From the NCBI GenBank assembly GCA_964016885.1, contig OZ024740.1, positions 266,290,001-266,354,000 on the forward strand: a DNA stretch of 64,000 bases, read 5' to 3'. Within the stretch, counting starts at the first letter, position 1, and the number at the start of each line of letters is the position of its first letter. A model generated the notes under the pieces. It was not told the origin of the DNA, ran no database searches, and was given only the letters and a program-made list of their open reading frames with translations. This stretch comes from Eledone cirrhosa. Taxonomy: Eukaryota. This document shows positions 47,501-61,812 of the stretch, piece after piece. The position numbers were made by a program, and so were the translations under genes.

Positions 47501-49390
47501 TCAGAATCAGTTGACCTTTGTCTTTGGGGTTTTGGAAACATTTTGTTTTCTCCTGTTTACCATTCCCAGGAAAAAAAATAGCAAATTTTCGTATGTGACC
47601 TTAGCTCGAAAGAAATTAGAACTGTTTTATTTAGCACGTCACCATTGTAAATTCTTTTGTTTCTTTGTATGTTTATTTTGAACGATATAAGATAAATTTA
47701 AATATCTTTAGAGACAGAATAAAGAACTACACAGTGAAAATATCCTTAAAACTACACATACAGTAAACATACTGTGAAAATACGCTAAAGCATCTTCGGC
47801 GAATGGAATTTGAGGCAAATATCGTTTATTTTTTATACGTTAGCAGTCAATTTAATCCAATCCAGTCCAGAGCTTTCTCACTCCTGTTAGAGGAACGCCT
47901 CGCTGGTTATTTTAACTGTTTTTTGTTTGGTTTGGTCATGTCATGTGTGAAGCCTTACTCACTACGCCAGGACAATTGTTGATTGGTGAGACCTATTTAA
48001 GCCATAGTTGACTCTGAGAAGTTCACTCGCCTTTTTCACAACTCCTGTTTTTTTATGCTGCTGACCCTCGTCACCAGACCAGGGTTTGGTGTGCGTGTGA
48101 GGGGGGGGGGTTAGTCGCCGACCATGTCGAATTAATTGAGAACCTGCAGATACTCCACCCTGACTGTACCTATAGATTTGTAGCTGTGGTCATTGGGATT
48201 CTTGAATATCTTTATAAATGCCTCAACACAAGAAATCTTGAGTAGCTGATCGTTCATATCCAGAAAGAGCACGGATAATTAGGAAATTGCAAGTATAATT
48301 CATTAATGGAACTGTAAAAATATGTGAAATATTTCAGATATTTAGCATTTAATAACTACATATACACATGTAGAAATATAGAAACAAATGTATATGTGCA
48401 TATACAATTTAAAACATAAAGATTCACGCCCGCGCACACACGCACACACACACACTCACACATACACACACATACACACACATACACACAAACACATAGA
48501 GACTACATACATAATTACTTAGTTGATGTTGATTAAATTCCAAAGAAAAATCTTGTTTCTGTGTTAGAAACCTTCTCTCTCTATCCTTCTCTCACTCTCT
48601 CTCTCTCTCCCTCCCTCCCTCCCTCCCTCCATCTCTCTGTCTCTCTATTTCTCACTCTCTCTCTCTCTCTCACTCTCTCTCTCCCTCTCTCTCCCTTCCT
48701 CTCTCTCTCTTTATGTGAGTGTGTTTGTCAGTGAGAAATCATTAAAAAATAAAACTAGGCGAAAATGAAAGTATACATACAAGCGTGGAAAAGTTGTGCC
48801 TTCTCCGAAAATCTATATATAAACAGCTTGGTAATACAACCTGTACAATCGTTTGAATAACAGAGCGGATGGACCCATAAATAAGGAAAGGACAAGAAAT
48901 AAATACCCCAGGAGAGTGAAGAGAATATGGTCTCTCAACCTACAACAATCAAATTGCCCACAACACCTTTGCTGTATTTATTCTCCCACCAACATTTGGC
49001 TTTCTGGGCTAGTCACTATAAGAACTATGCGAGGTGAATGTAAGACCTCACAAGTTATTCAATGTTACAGGGATCTTTAACATAAATGAGGATCTAAATA
49101 GATCTAAATAGATCTAAATCTGTATTAACATAGTAGGAAACATGTATCGTGACACTGAAGCAACATTTTCAACAGAATAAAAACGACAGCAGCCATTTCG
49201 GTCGGGTATGATGGTATGGTATGATCCCGTAACTTCTGATGGAGTCGTAGGGGCATCGTGGTGAAATACGGAGTTCTTGAGCATTTTAATCCTGGCCGAG
49301 CACATCCCTCTCCATGCCTGAGTACAGCAGATTTCTTCCAGAGAAAAATAGGAAGTGTCAGAGAGGAAGAGAGAAAGAGATATAGAGCAA

Positions 49391-49550
49391 GGATCGACCC
49401 CAGTACTAGACTGGTTCTTTTTTATATGGACCTAGAAAGGATGAAAGGCAAAGTTGGCCTTGGTGAGATTTAAATCGTGAGAGCAGAGAACCGGAACGAA
49501 TACCACAAAGAATTCTAACCGACGTTCTAACGAATCTGCCAATTTGCCGT
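49391..49550 (-). mobile_element. Diverged Deu/Nin-like SINE
   Basis: aaggatgaaaggcaaagttggccttggtgagattt...ctgccaatt matches the other SINE copies. Confidence 0.65.
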
Positions 49551-49962
49551 CCCGTCTCTATTAGGCTTACAAGCGTGGGTTGGTTGTCATTGAACTAGAG
49601 GTGAGACACAGATCTCTCTCCCAAGCATATTGGAAAACTTTACTCAGTGTTCGAACAAAATAGAATAATAAACCACTTCACTAAAAATGTTGTACATTGA
49701 GACTTTTCGAGTCGATAAAAAATGTAACAGTCTAGTACTGTGGTCGATTCTTCCTCTACTATATCTCTTTCACAATTCATCTCTACCACTCTCTCTCTCT
49801 CTCTCTGTCCTTCTCTGTAAGGAATTAACTGTGGTCAGACCAGGATATAATATAGAATTCGCCAGGTTCAAATGCATACGACGTGTTGTGTGACTACAGT
49901 GTCGCAACGATTCAATTAAAGGTTACGGGTCCCTAACTGTATAACAATTATTATATATTATA

Positions 49963-50150
49963 AGGGTGGTGGATTGGCAGTATCGGTAGAGTGTCGGACA
50001 CCATGCTTTGACGCATTGAGTTACGGCCCTTGCCATTCTGAGTTCAAATCCCACCGAGATTAACTTTGCCTTTCATCCTTACGGGGTCGATAAAATAAAG
50101 TACCAGTAATACACTGGTTATTTGCTGGCCTTGTGCCAAAAGTAGAAACA
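49963..50150 (+). mobile_element. tRNA-derived Deu/Nin-like SINE
   Basis: A and B boxes and core as above; TSD ATTATATATTA at ~49950-49960 and 50151-50161. Confidence 0.88.
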
Positions 50151-50223
50151 ATTATATATTACTTTGAACAAAGAAACCCAAGATTTTCAAAATGTAGTCA
50201 AAGATACCTCCTACATTATATAG

Positions 50224-50295
<72 letters not shown>
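50224..50295. repeat. (GATA)n microsatellite, no LINE inserted
   Basis: Direct reading. Confidence 0.95.
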
Positions 50296-50297
<2 letters not shown>

Positions 50298-50341
50298 ACA
50301 GAGGTTTCCAAAAATTATCTCAGATACCTCCTACATTACAT

Positions 50342-50512
50342 TATCGGTAGAGGGTCGGACGCCATGCTTTCCAGCATAGTTACGTCCCTTTACGATCTGA
50401 GTTCAAATCCCGCCGAGGTTGACTTTGCCTTTCATCCTTACAGGGTCGATAAAATAAAGTACCAGTCACGCACTGGGTAATTGCTGGCCTTGTGCCAAAA
50501 AGTAGAAACAAT
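50342..50512 (+). mobile_element. Slightly 5'-truncated Deu/Nin-like SINE
   Basis: tatcggtagagggtcggacgccatgc...gagttcaaatcccgccgagg...gtgccaaaaagtagaaacaat. Confidence 0.85.
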
Positions 50513-51044
50513 TATATATATATACATATATACATACATATATACATACATATATACATATATATATATACACATACACACACATACACACACATATATA
50601 TTTACACACACACACATATACATATATACATATATATATATAAATATATATATATAGTCTTATAGTATAGCACAGTATAGTATAATAATTATTTCCTTCA
50701 CATGAAAAGAAATAATAGAAAAGAGATAGAAATTTAAGTAGAAAAAATAATTAATGTTGTCTTGAAATCATTAGAGTAAATATTAACCACCTTTCGTCTT
50801 TGATATACTTCAGGATTGGTACCAGTTGTTAGAAGATAAGCGTTCAATAGACATTGTAATTTGCGAACAAAGGTGGTGTGCTGAACTCGGATTCATAGGT
50901 GTCTCTGTGTGTGTGTATGTGTGTTTCTGTGTGTGTGCTTGTATGTGTGCGTGTATGTGTGTGTGTGTGTGTGTATTTCTTTGCCTATCATCCCTCACAC
51001 ATTATTCAGTTCTCTTTCTTTTTCTCTGTCCTCTTTAATATATA

Positions 51045-51125
<81 letters not shown>

Positions 51126-51376
51126 GTGTATATATGCTATAAATAATACATACATAGACACATAGATGCCTACCTGACAGTCTCGTTCCATTGTCATACG
51201 AATTTTTTCATTTCCTTGTGCGTGTGTATATATGTCTGTGTGTATGTGTATGTGTGAGTATATAAGTAAAGTATATATATATGTATAAGTGAATATATAT
51301 ATATATATATATATATAAACATACTTATACATATATATACTTTACTTATATACTCACACATACACATACACATATG

Positions 51377-51413
<37 letters not shown>

Positions 51414-51778
51414 CGCTGTGTGTATGTTATTCCCTTTGACAAGAATTTCACAGATCAGACTCAAAAGACAAGATAAACATCAGTTATCGAACTTACATGA
51501 AATCTTTTGTCTTCCGTGAGTTCTTTTGTTGTTCGTTTACTTTTTCTGTATTTTTATTATATATGTTTGTTTTTGTAACTATTCAAGATGATTACCCGTT
51601 TTAGATACAGCATCAAATACTTTAAGAAGAGTATATTTAAAAAAAAAAAAGAGAGGCAATATATACTAAACTGTAAACTAAAACTAAATAGAGGGTAAAC
51701 ATCTACATGGATATATATGTGTGGGTTTCTGTGTGTTGTGTGTGTGGGTGAGTGGGTGTATGTGTTGTGTGTGTGTAT

Positions 51779-51816
<38 letters not shown>

Positions 51817-51932
51817 CCATAGGAAGAAGAAACTATGGAAAAGTGCAAAATGAAAAACTTAACAGGTATAAGAACACTGCTGAACGAATATATATACTCA
51901 AACGCACACACAAATATCAGGACTTCCCACAT

Positions 51933-52113
51933 TACGTTAGTAGTGTGTAGGCATATTTATTTTATAGAAATTACTTCTACAGGATTAGAACTGTTTCATT
52001 CATTCGTAAGAAAACATCAGGACATTCATAATGATTTCTTACGAATGAAACACTTCTAATCCTGTAGAAGTCATTTCTGTAATATAATAAATATTCCTAT
52101 ATTCTACTAACGT
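51933..52113. repeat. Imperfect palindrome, same family as 8425-8555
   Basis: ttctacaggattagaactgtttcattc...gaatgaaacacttctaatcctgtagaag. Confidence 0.7.
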
Positions 52114-52756
52114 ATTGAGCACTATTTTTAATTGCGGTCACCTCCTGATATATATCGGGAATTCTCTATAAACCCTGTTTTATATAGAACCAAATATATA
52201 CTTAATACATTAACAGAGAAAGCTTTTAGCGATACTCCGACCAGCTCCCATCTCACTCAACAAACATTAAGAAATACCTAAGTATAATCCCAATTATACG
52301 TTTGGGGGTGCTAACTATATTGTATTCTGTGGATAGCTGATTGTATTATTTTATATGAGACATAATTAAATAAATCTCATTTTCCATACGATCGTTTCGT
52401 TATGAGATTTCTATAAGGTGAGAGGATAATGTCCAAGTTATGTAGAACCCTGCATATGATCAACAGATTTCCATGCAGGTTGGACTCTGATAATTCATCT
52501 GTGGATGCCCAGGCAATATCAATATAAAAAACTACATCGATATTAATATTCAGCGATAGTCACCATCAGTGCTAGAAGAACCGTTAAGTTTGAAAGTCCA
52601 GCAGTTCTTCAAAAGAAATTTCACAGTCCGCAAATGGGAAGGGGAGGTCATCGTAAAACATAAAATAATATACACGCAGGTCATTGAACTCTGTTAGGAA
52701 TTATATATATATATATACACAGAGGTATCCACTGTATATATATATATATATATGTT

Positions 52757-52850
<94 letters not shown>

Positions 52851-52882
52851 TATATATATAAAATTTATATATATATAAATAT

Positions 52883-53000
52883 ATAGGAACGAGTAGGACC
52901 CCGACGGTTGAGCTCAAGCTGTTTCGACAGCTAATTCTGAGTCCAGAATTAGCCGTCGAAACCGCATGAGCTCAGCCGTCGGGGTCCTACTCGTTCCTAT
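52883..53000. repeat. ~57-bp-arm palindrome abutting (AT)n
   Basis: ataggaacgagtaggaccccgacgg...ccgtcggggtcctactcgttcctat. Confidence 0.85.
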
Positions 53001-53129
53001 TACCCACTCTACTACCCTAAGTGTATTGAGTACTTTGGTGCGTTATGGTCCACTTAGTTCCTTACCACATTTCCGTCGTTATATAAATATATATATATCT
53101 ATATATATATATGTATATATATTTAAAAT

Positions 53130-53198
<69 letters not shown>

Positions 53199-53264
53199 AT
53201 ATATATATATATATATGTATATGTATATATATATAAAATATATATATATATATAAATATATATA

Positions 53265-53310
<46 letters not shown>

Positions 53311-53316
53311 TATATA

Positions 53317-53412
<96 letters not shown>

Positions 53413-53451
53413 AAATATATATCTATATATAAATATATAAATATATATATA

Positions 53452-54083
53452 TTTAATGCGATGAAATATCAATGATGGTTGGCAAATCACTGATGAGGGA
53501 CTAATTTTATATGTAATCCATGTGCAACCATGCAGTATTCTTCTCCCCATGTTTTTCATATATATTTACCTAAACTGCGATTATCTGTTTCTCTCTTTCT
53601 CTCTTACTGCTCCCCCGTTCTCTCTGTTTCTCTTTCCTTCTTTCGTCCCCTCTGTCAGTTAACACTTTCTCTCGGCTGACTTCTTCCTCGCACTTCCACT
53701 CACTCACTCTCTATTTCTCCCCTTCTCACTTCCACCCGTTCGCTAGGAGTGGGATTCTTTCTTTCTCACATCCCATTCACAGCGAAAGGTCTGTTTTCTG
53801 ATCGCTCATGAAATCCACCCAGCTTATGCTGATCGGATAACCATATTGCTTGTTTTTCTTCCCATCTTCGGTTCGCTTTTCCTTCTATGTTGTTTACTTG
53901 TCTCACTCGCTTTACGCGACTCACTTGTCCCAATAGCTTATTTTAGTTATTGCTCGCACCAACCTGAGGTATATGATTTTTAATGCGCTGAAATTACAAT
54001 GATCGTTGGCAAATCACTGATGAGGGACTAATTTTATAATATGTAATCCATGTGCAACCATACAGTATTCTTCTCCCCATGTT

Positions 54084-54088
<5 letters not shown>
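53452..54088 (+). mobile_element. Probable PLE pLTR relic with ~105-bp direct repeats and a degenerate hammerhead (53959-54009)
   Basis: Repeats ~53453-53558 and ~53979-54088. Motif CCAAC-CTGAGGT...GAAA...ATC-GTTGG. Flanked by (AT)n. Confidence 0.45.
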
Positions 54089-54148
<60 letters not shown>

Positions 54149-54157
54149 TATATATAT

Positions 54158-54200
<43 letters not shown>

Positions 54201-54201
54201 G

Positions 54202-54278
<77 letters not shown>

Positions 54279-54489
54279 TGGAATAGAATGAAACGAAATT
54301 TCATTTATCACTCTTAGTACGGCACTTACTTAAATGTAAGTATGTATACGTACATACATATATGTATACAGACGTACAGTAGTATGTATATATATACATA
54401 CATGCACACATATATATGTGTGCATGTATGTATATATATACATACTAATGTACGTCTGTATACATGTATGTACCTATACATACATACTA

Positions 54490-54603
54490 ACTTACATATA
54501 TATATGTATATAATATATAAAATATATATATATATATAAATATATATATATATAAATATATATATAAATATATATATATATATAAATATATATATATACA
54601 TAA

Positions 54604-54636
<33 letters not shown>

Positions 54637-54681
54637 AATATGTATGTATATAAATATATATATATATATATATATACATAA

Positions 54682-54714
<33 letters not shown>

Positions 54715-54728
54715 AATATATATATATA

Positions 54729-54764
<36 letters not shown>

Positions 54765-54781
54765 AATATATATATATAAAT

Positions 54782-54872
<91 letters not shown>

Positions 54873-54882
54873 CATATATATA
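54490..54882. repeat. Long interrupted (AT)n tract
   Basis: Direct reading; similar tracts at ~53080-53452 and ~57572-58121. Confidence 0.95.
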
Positions 54883-55020
54883 TTAGAAAGTGAGGTTTCT
54901 TTTACAAAATGAAAAATAACCGAGGTGTCCTACACGAGTGAAAGTATAAAGAAAAAGAGATGAAATCGAAAATGCAACTGGAGTCTTATTTTTTTTTTAA
55001 ATATATATATTTATTTGGTT

Positions 55021-55058
55021 CCTTTACTGGTTTCGCAGTTCTTCTGCTTTTCAAAAGG
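55021..55058 (-). ncRNA. Degenerate hammerhead motif
   Basis: CCTT-TTGAAAA-GCAG-AAGAA-CTGC-GAAA-C-CA-GTA-AAGG; stems intact, two core substitutions. Confidence 0.4.
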
Positions 55059-55655
55059 TGAGTTGAGATGGAGGGTCTGTGGTTTTTCTCACATCTGGTT
55101 GGTCTCTGAATGTTACTTGTTTTATATAGAAAAAGTGGCTCGAAATGCCAGGTTTTTCGAGAAGTAATTTGATTGGTTTGTCAATAATTATAATAAATTT
55201 CGCGCCAGTTCGCGTTACAATAGTTCTTCAAATAAGAGGGGGGTGTCACAGGTTGTTTTTTTCATATATGAGTGTTTGAATTTCTTTTTACTTGAAAAAA
55301 GGAGACTCACGAAGGCTTTTTGGGGTTGGTTATAAATGAAATTATGTCTGTCACGTGAACAAGTTTTCATTAAATTTTTGTGCCCTTATTTGGAAATCCA
55401 TTCTGTAGCCTTTTTAGAGAATTTTTTGATAAGTGAAAGATAATGGTCAAGAGAAAGGGATGGGAGAATTGTTCTGGTTCACTGAATATGGTTAGTTCAC
55501 TGGGGTGTCAGAATTCAGATTTTCTATTGAATAAAGAAAGTAAAGATATGTATGTTTATTTGTGTGCTTGTGTGTGTGTGCGTGTGTGTGTGTGTGTGTG
55601 TTGTGTGTGTGTGTGTGTTAGAATTTCTTTACTTTAAAAAAAGGTGGCTCACATT

Positions 55656-55815
<160 letters not shown>

Positions 55816-55829
55816 AAAAATATATATAT

Positions 55830-57303
55830 TTGTCTCCCCTTCCCGCTTCGTGTCGCTATGATACTTCCTCAGTCAAAAACTGCTGGAATTTCAAATTTGG
55901 CGGTCATTCGAGGTGAGAGAGAGCTACTTTACGGACATGACTTTTGACAGCGGTAAGACATTTGTTTTCTTATATCAATGTTTAATCGGCTTCCACTGAC
56001 GATTTATAAGTGCCCACCTAAATATATTCTTACATGAATATATATTAGGCTTCTACATAAACTGGAAACATTCTCCCAAACTTGTAGAAAACTTATAATG
56101 AAACAATTGTTTGGAAAGAGAGATATACTTTAACTTTAATTATATCTCATAAAATAATACAACTGGTTTTTTCCCCATTATACATTTTGTTAGCACCCCA
56201 AACACTTAAATTGGGTTTATATTTTAATATAACCTAATGTTTGTTGAGTGAGATGGTTACCAGTCAGAGTTTAGCTTTAAACTATCTCTGTTATTGTATT
56301 AAATATTTACTCTTGATTGGCCAGAGGTGTTTATTTCCAGGTACCTTATGAATTTGACTTTCCGTATTTTACTGTTGTGAAATATTGTGGCTTTTTTGGG
56401 TTGTAACTTCTCTGTTTTTTAGCCTAGGAAAATATATATATATTTGCCTACGTATATAATTACATGCATATGTGTATTTATTTTCTTTTATTAATTGAGT
56501 TCTTTACACGAGGAACTAATATTGGTTTTGTAATAACTAATTAACCCGCGTGTGTTTTAAATTTTACTCTTAATATTTCGGCCGGAGAATTATATTCCCA
56601 TTTGCCCTTCATAGCATAACTTTCTGCATTTACTGCGGTTATGAGAAGCGGTTCTTATTCGGGTACAACTTCTGATTTAGCCTAAGAAAATATCTATATG
56701 CGTGTGTAATTTATACAAGCATATATTTATTTTTTTATTTTCAATTGAGTTTTTAAACACGTCGGATTGATAATGTTTTCAAAAAAACTATTTAACCCGC
56801 GTGTATATTATTATTTTTTTCCTCATTTCGTGGGTTGTCTCCCCTTCCCGCTTCGTGTCGCTATGATACTTCCTCAGTCAAAAACTGCTGGAATTTCAAA
56901 TTTGGCGGTCATTCGAGGTGAGAGAGAGCTACTTTACGGACATGACTTTTGACAGCGGTAAGAAATTTGTTTTCTTATATCAATGTTTAATCGGCTTCCA
57001 CTGACGATTTATAAGTGCCCACCTAAATATATTCTTACATGAATATATATTAGGCTTCTACATAAACTGGAAACATTCTCCCAAACTTGTAGAAAACTTA
57101 TAATGAAACAATTGTTTGGAAAGAGAGATATACTTTAACTTTAATTATATCTCATAAAATAATACAACTGGTTTTATCCTCATTATACATTTTGTTAGCA
57201 ACCCAAACACTTAAATTGGGTTTATATTTTAATATAACCTAATGTTTGTTGAGTGAGATGGTTACCAGTCAGAGTTTAGCTTTAAACTATCTCTGTTATT
57301 GTA

Positions 57304-57307
<4 letters not shown>
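55830..57307. repeat. Near-identical ~475-bp direct repeats ~1 kb apart (55830-56302, 56836-57307); diverged inverted relative at ~52202-52315
   Basis: ttgtctccccttcccgcttcgtgtcgc...ctatctctgttattgtattaa occurs twice; the block is flanked by (AT)n. Confidence 0.85.
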
Positions 57308-57335
<28 letters not shown>

Positions 57336-57703
57336 GAATGGAATAGAATGAAACGAAATTTCATTTCTCACTCTTAGGACGGCACTTACTTAAATGTAAG
57401 TATGTATGTATACGTACATACATATATGTATACAGACGTACAGTAGTATGTATATACATACATGCACACATATATATGCATATATATATGTGTGCATGTA
57501 TGTATATATATACATAATACTGTACGTCTGTATACATATATGTATGTATGTATACATAGATACTTACTTACATATATATATATGTATATATATATATAAA
57601 ATATATATATATATATATAAATATATATATATATAAATATATATATATATTTATATATATATATATATAAAATATATATATATATATATGTATATCGATA
57701 TAA

Positions 57704-57734
<31 letters not shown>

Positions 57735-57749
57735 GTATATATATATAAA

Positions 57750-57780
<31 letters not shown>

Positions 57781-57806
57781 AAATATATATATATATATAT
57801 ATATAT

Positions 57807-57851
<45 letters not shown>

Positions 57852-57854
57852 TAA

Positions 57855-57887
<33 letters not shown>

Positions 57888-57942
57888 ATATATATATATA
57901 TATAAATATATATATATATGTATATATATATAAAATATATAC

Positions 57943-57981
<39 letters not shown>

Positions 57982-58002
57982 TATATAAATATATATATAT
58001 AC

Positions 58003-58126
<124 letters not shown>

Positions 58127-58271
58127 ATGCTTTGGGAGGGTCATGTTGCCAATAAGAAACACACGCACCAGTTGCTTTCACTTCAATTTATTATAGTAAA
58201 TTTATAAATTTAGGAATATATAAATTTCCGGTTGGCTGGTTGGTTCCACAACCAGATGATTGTTTATATAT

Positions 58272-58316
58272 TGTCAAAGTTCTTTCGTCACACATTCTGT
58301 GACCTCTTCAGTGACT
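58272..58316 (-). ncRNA. Minimal hammerhead ribozyme motif in a PLE 3' pLTR
   Basis: GTCA-CTGAAGA-G-GTCACA-GAATG-TGTGAC-GAAA-GAAC-TT-TGAC. Confidence 0.7.
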
Positions 58317-58505
58317 GGAGATTCTTTTCTTTGTTTTTGTGCCGCTCCTTTGTTCTGTCCTACGCCATCTTGTTTATGTGTGTGTGTTGTGTGCTTAGTT
58401 TGCGCATGTGTTACATCTGGGTGTCTGTGTGTGTTTATATTCGTTTATTTATTTGTTTATTTACATATTACTGGTTGGTTGTTTGTTCTATGTGCGTGTG
58501 TGTTT

Positions 58506-59666
58506 TCATTTTGTCCTTATTTGTATGCTGTTCGACTCGTGTTTTCTATTTAATTTTGGTTGTAATTCATTTATGTTTATTGCCTCTGTGATTTGTCTAA
58601 ACATTGCGTCTTTTCTGTGTGTAGATTCTATTTTTATTTCTATGTTCTCTAATTTACCCTTATGTTCTATTTTAGCATGTTGGTAGAGTACAGATGATTC
58701 TTTACTTTCTTGAAGGTCTCGCCAGTGGTCATTTATCCCTTCCCCTATACTACGAGCTGTCTCACCTATGTACACTATATTTTTATCTCTACATTGTCCT
58801 TCAGTACATCTTATGCTATATACTACATTTCTAGTTTTACAGTTAATATGGGGGCTTAATTTACAGATTATGCATTTCTTATCTATACAGGGAGGTCTTT
58901 GAAAAGGGTATGTCTTGCTAATACGTGTTTTTATGGAGGTACCTGGTTTTTCTACTATCTTAATATTGAGTTTATGTTTATCTAGGGCCCTTCTAAATGT
59001 GTAAGCTAATTCACCTCTAGGGGTTGTATCGATGAACATTACACTCTGGTATTTATTGCTATCATACCATGAGTTTATTCTATTAGCCTTATTCCTAGTT
59101 CTTGCTATTCTATTCCAAAATGTTCTCCTATACAAGGGGCAGGTCCCATTTGTGTCATTATTTACCATTTTTTCCCATTTGGTTCTGGCTCCTCTATACA
59201 CTCTGATTTTATCTCTCTGATTGTAAACAGAGAACTGCATACGGTGGATGAAGTGTTGTATGTGGATGAAGTGTTGTATGTGTCTCTCTAGTTCTTCGGG
59301 GTTGCACATGCGGGACACGTTTCTCATCACCCGTACCAAATCCGCAATCAGTATGTTCATTTTGGTATGGTCCGAAACAGCTGAGTTTCGGTGGATCAGA
59401 TATTTGGAAGTCATGGGTTTGGCATAATGGGAATGGAGGATTTGTTTTTTGTTATTAATGGTATCTAACCAGAGCTCTGTGTCTAGTACAGGTAATCGAT
59501 GGTTGGGGTGTTTGCTTGGGTAGTCTATAGTAACTCTAATACTCTGGTGGATGGAGTTAGCTATTTGCTGGATGCTTTCCATTGTGTTTTTCTCTAATTC
59601 CTGACTGTTCTCTAGTGGGGGTGTTTTAACTACGATGTTTATATCATCAACGTAGCGGGAGTACAT
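58506..59666 (-). pseudogene. PLE ORF fragment: RT C-terminal half + GIY-YIG endonuclease
   Basis: RYVDD, LPVLD, YAKP, CxxxxCxxC...C, NVVYSI...YIGET.R, H, EA, LNRK; in-frame 18-bp duplication (HIQHFI twice). Confidence 0.9.
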
Positions 59667-59710
59667 TATCAGGGTTAAGGGGTCTTCTAATTGTTCTTTA
59701 AGTTCAATTT

Positions 59711-59821
59711 TAATGTGTGGTGACAGTCAAGTTTGCAATTTTCAACAGTTGAAAATTGCAAACTTGACTGTCACTACACATTATGAACCTGAAGATTGCG
59801 AAAGCATGAATGTACTTGTTC
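59711..59821 (+). ncRNA. Palindrome (59711-59783) followed by a near-canonical hammerhead motif (59785-59821)
   Basis: GAAC-CTGAAGA-T-TGC-GAAA-GCA-T-GAAT-GTAC-TT-GTTC then AATAAA; one core substitution. Confidence 0.55.
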
Positions 59822-60031
59822 AATAAACACTTAACATTTAATATTCTATCATACTATTTCATTATAATACCATTATAAATTTTAAAAGAATGTGAATAAA
59901 ACGAGTAAATCAGACAAAGTTGGAATTCCTCTTATTAATATAATCATCTATACACAATCATACACACCCGTGTATATTTATATATATATATAATATATAA
60001 GAACAAAAGATGGTTAAAAGAGTTTCATGTA

Positions 60032-60098
60032 TTTTATTATGCGCATTTCAAAAACAAATATCATCATGCAATAATATTTGTGTTTTCATCAGATAAAA
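60032..60098 (-). ncRNA. Hammerhead ribozyme motif (mirror copy)
   Basis: Reverse complement of 60969-61035. Confidence 0.75.
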
Positions 60099-60968
60099 CA
60101 GGAAGACATGATATGAAGGTTAAAAAACACTTGTGGATAGTTCAGTTTTAAATCAACATATGAGAAGTAGTTTTAGATTGATGTGTGATATTGGGAAAAA
60201 TATTTTATTTAGAGGGGGGTTGGAAAGGATGAAAAAAAGAGGAGGAGATGAGTAAAAGGTGGAGAGGGAGGAGTATAATGAGGACGGATGAGATAGGAGG
60301 AGAGATGGGTGATAGAGAGAGAGAGATAGCTTTTATAACTGAGAAAGATATATTGTTTTACATAGAGAGGTTGAAAACCGTTGGAAGATAATGTATAAAT
60401 TAAAAGAATTTGAAAATTAACGAAGAGAAAAATAATGTAAAGTTAAGGTTTGTATATTGAGGGGTTTGATAATATGTGCGAAGAGAAAGAAAATGTTAAT
60501 ATGTATTGAGAATAATGAGTTAGATGAAAGGGAGAAAAGAGTAATGAATTAAAGATGAATAATCTAACGTCAAAAAATGTATATGTTTACGAAGGATTTT
60601 TACAAGGTGATATAGAGTAAGGATGTATTGTATTATGTAATAATTGATTCTATGTTAGGCAAGAGTGAGAAAATGTACAGATTAAGGGTTAGACATTAGA
60701 AGAAGAAGAGAAGAAAGGGAAGTGATAAATAGGGGCGATGTAGAATGAGTAAACAAGTATTATAGAATTTGAAAATTAACGAAGAGAAAAAAAAATAATG
60801 TAAAGTTAAGGTTTGTATATTGAGGGGTTTTTTTTCATCCTTTCCAAACCCCCCCTAAATAAAATATTTTTCCCAATATCACACATCAATCTAAAACTAC
60901 TTCTCATATGTTGATTTAAAACTGAACTATCCACAAGTGTTTTTTAACCTTCATATCATGTCTTCCTG

Positions 60969-61035
60969 TTTTATCTGATGAAAACACAAATATTATTGCA
61001 TGATGATATTTGTTTTTGAAATGCGCATAATAAAA
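60969..61035 (+). ncRNA. Hammerhead ribozyme motif with extended stem II
   Basis: TTTTAT-CTGATGA-AAACACAAATATTATTGCATGATGATATTTGTTTTT-GAAA-TGCGCA-TA-ATAAAA; palindromic stem III, AUA triplet. Confidence 0.78.
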
Positions 61036-61160
61036 TACATGGAACTCTTTTAACCATCTATTGTTCTTATATATTATGTATACTCCAGTCCTACAAACTG
61101 TAGAGTGCTTCTTATCCGATATCTGCATTGCTTTATTGTACTACAATAAAACTCACCTCC

Positions 61161-61266
<106 letters not shown>

Positions 61267-61289
61267 AATATATAGATATAGATATATAA

Positions 61290-61346
<57 letters not shown>

Positions 61347-61389
61347 GAGAGTAAAACAAAGAATCCTTTAATACATCAAAAGTTTTTAT

Positions 61390-61431
61390 TCGCCGACAAT
61401 GTTTCGTCCTATTAAGGACTCATCAGGGCAA
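61390..61431 (-). ncRNA. Canonical minimal type-I hammerhead ribozyme
   Basis: TTGCC-CTGATGA-GTCCT-TAAT-AGGAC-GAAA-C-ATT-GTC-GGCGA then ATAAA; all core bases intact, GUC triplet. Confidence 0.85.
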
Positions 61432-61767
61432 TCAAAACAACAAGAGGTAATATCGGCAGATACAAGCCAGAAACTCTGAAGAATATGGAGTGTACATACA
61501 CTAATGTCTTACAAAGATATACGATAATAAAAATGAAAATAAAGATAAAAATAATAAAAATATATAATAACTAAGGATGTAGATAACATTAAGAACCATA
61601 TTACAAATATAGTCCAAAGCCACCAACCTAAATCTAAACAAATTTGATTATATAGAGCAGGAATTATATATAACACAATATAATACATTATAATAATAAT
61701 ATATTTATACCAACATTAAAATTCCAAATTAAAAATCAAAAGGTACAATATATACATGTATATATGT

Positions 61768-61812
<45 letters not shown>

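Larger units (their letters stand above)
59991..61076. repeat. ~248-bp inverted repeats (59991-60238, 60829-61076), each arm carrying a hammerhead motif
   Basis: Arms are near-perfect reverse complements; the spacer contains a ~60-bp direct duplication (~60406 and ~60765). Confidence 0.88.

Noticed and set aside
49963-50060. tRNA-like A and B boxes
   Set aside because: These are SINE heads with no complete cloverleaf, followed by the SINE core and TSDs; not tRNA genes
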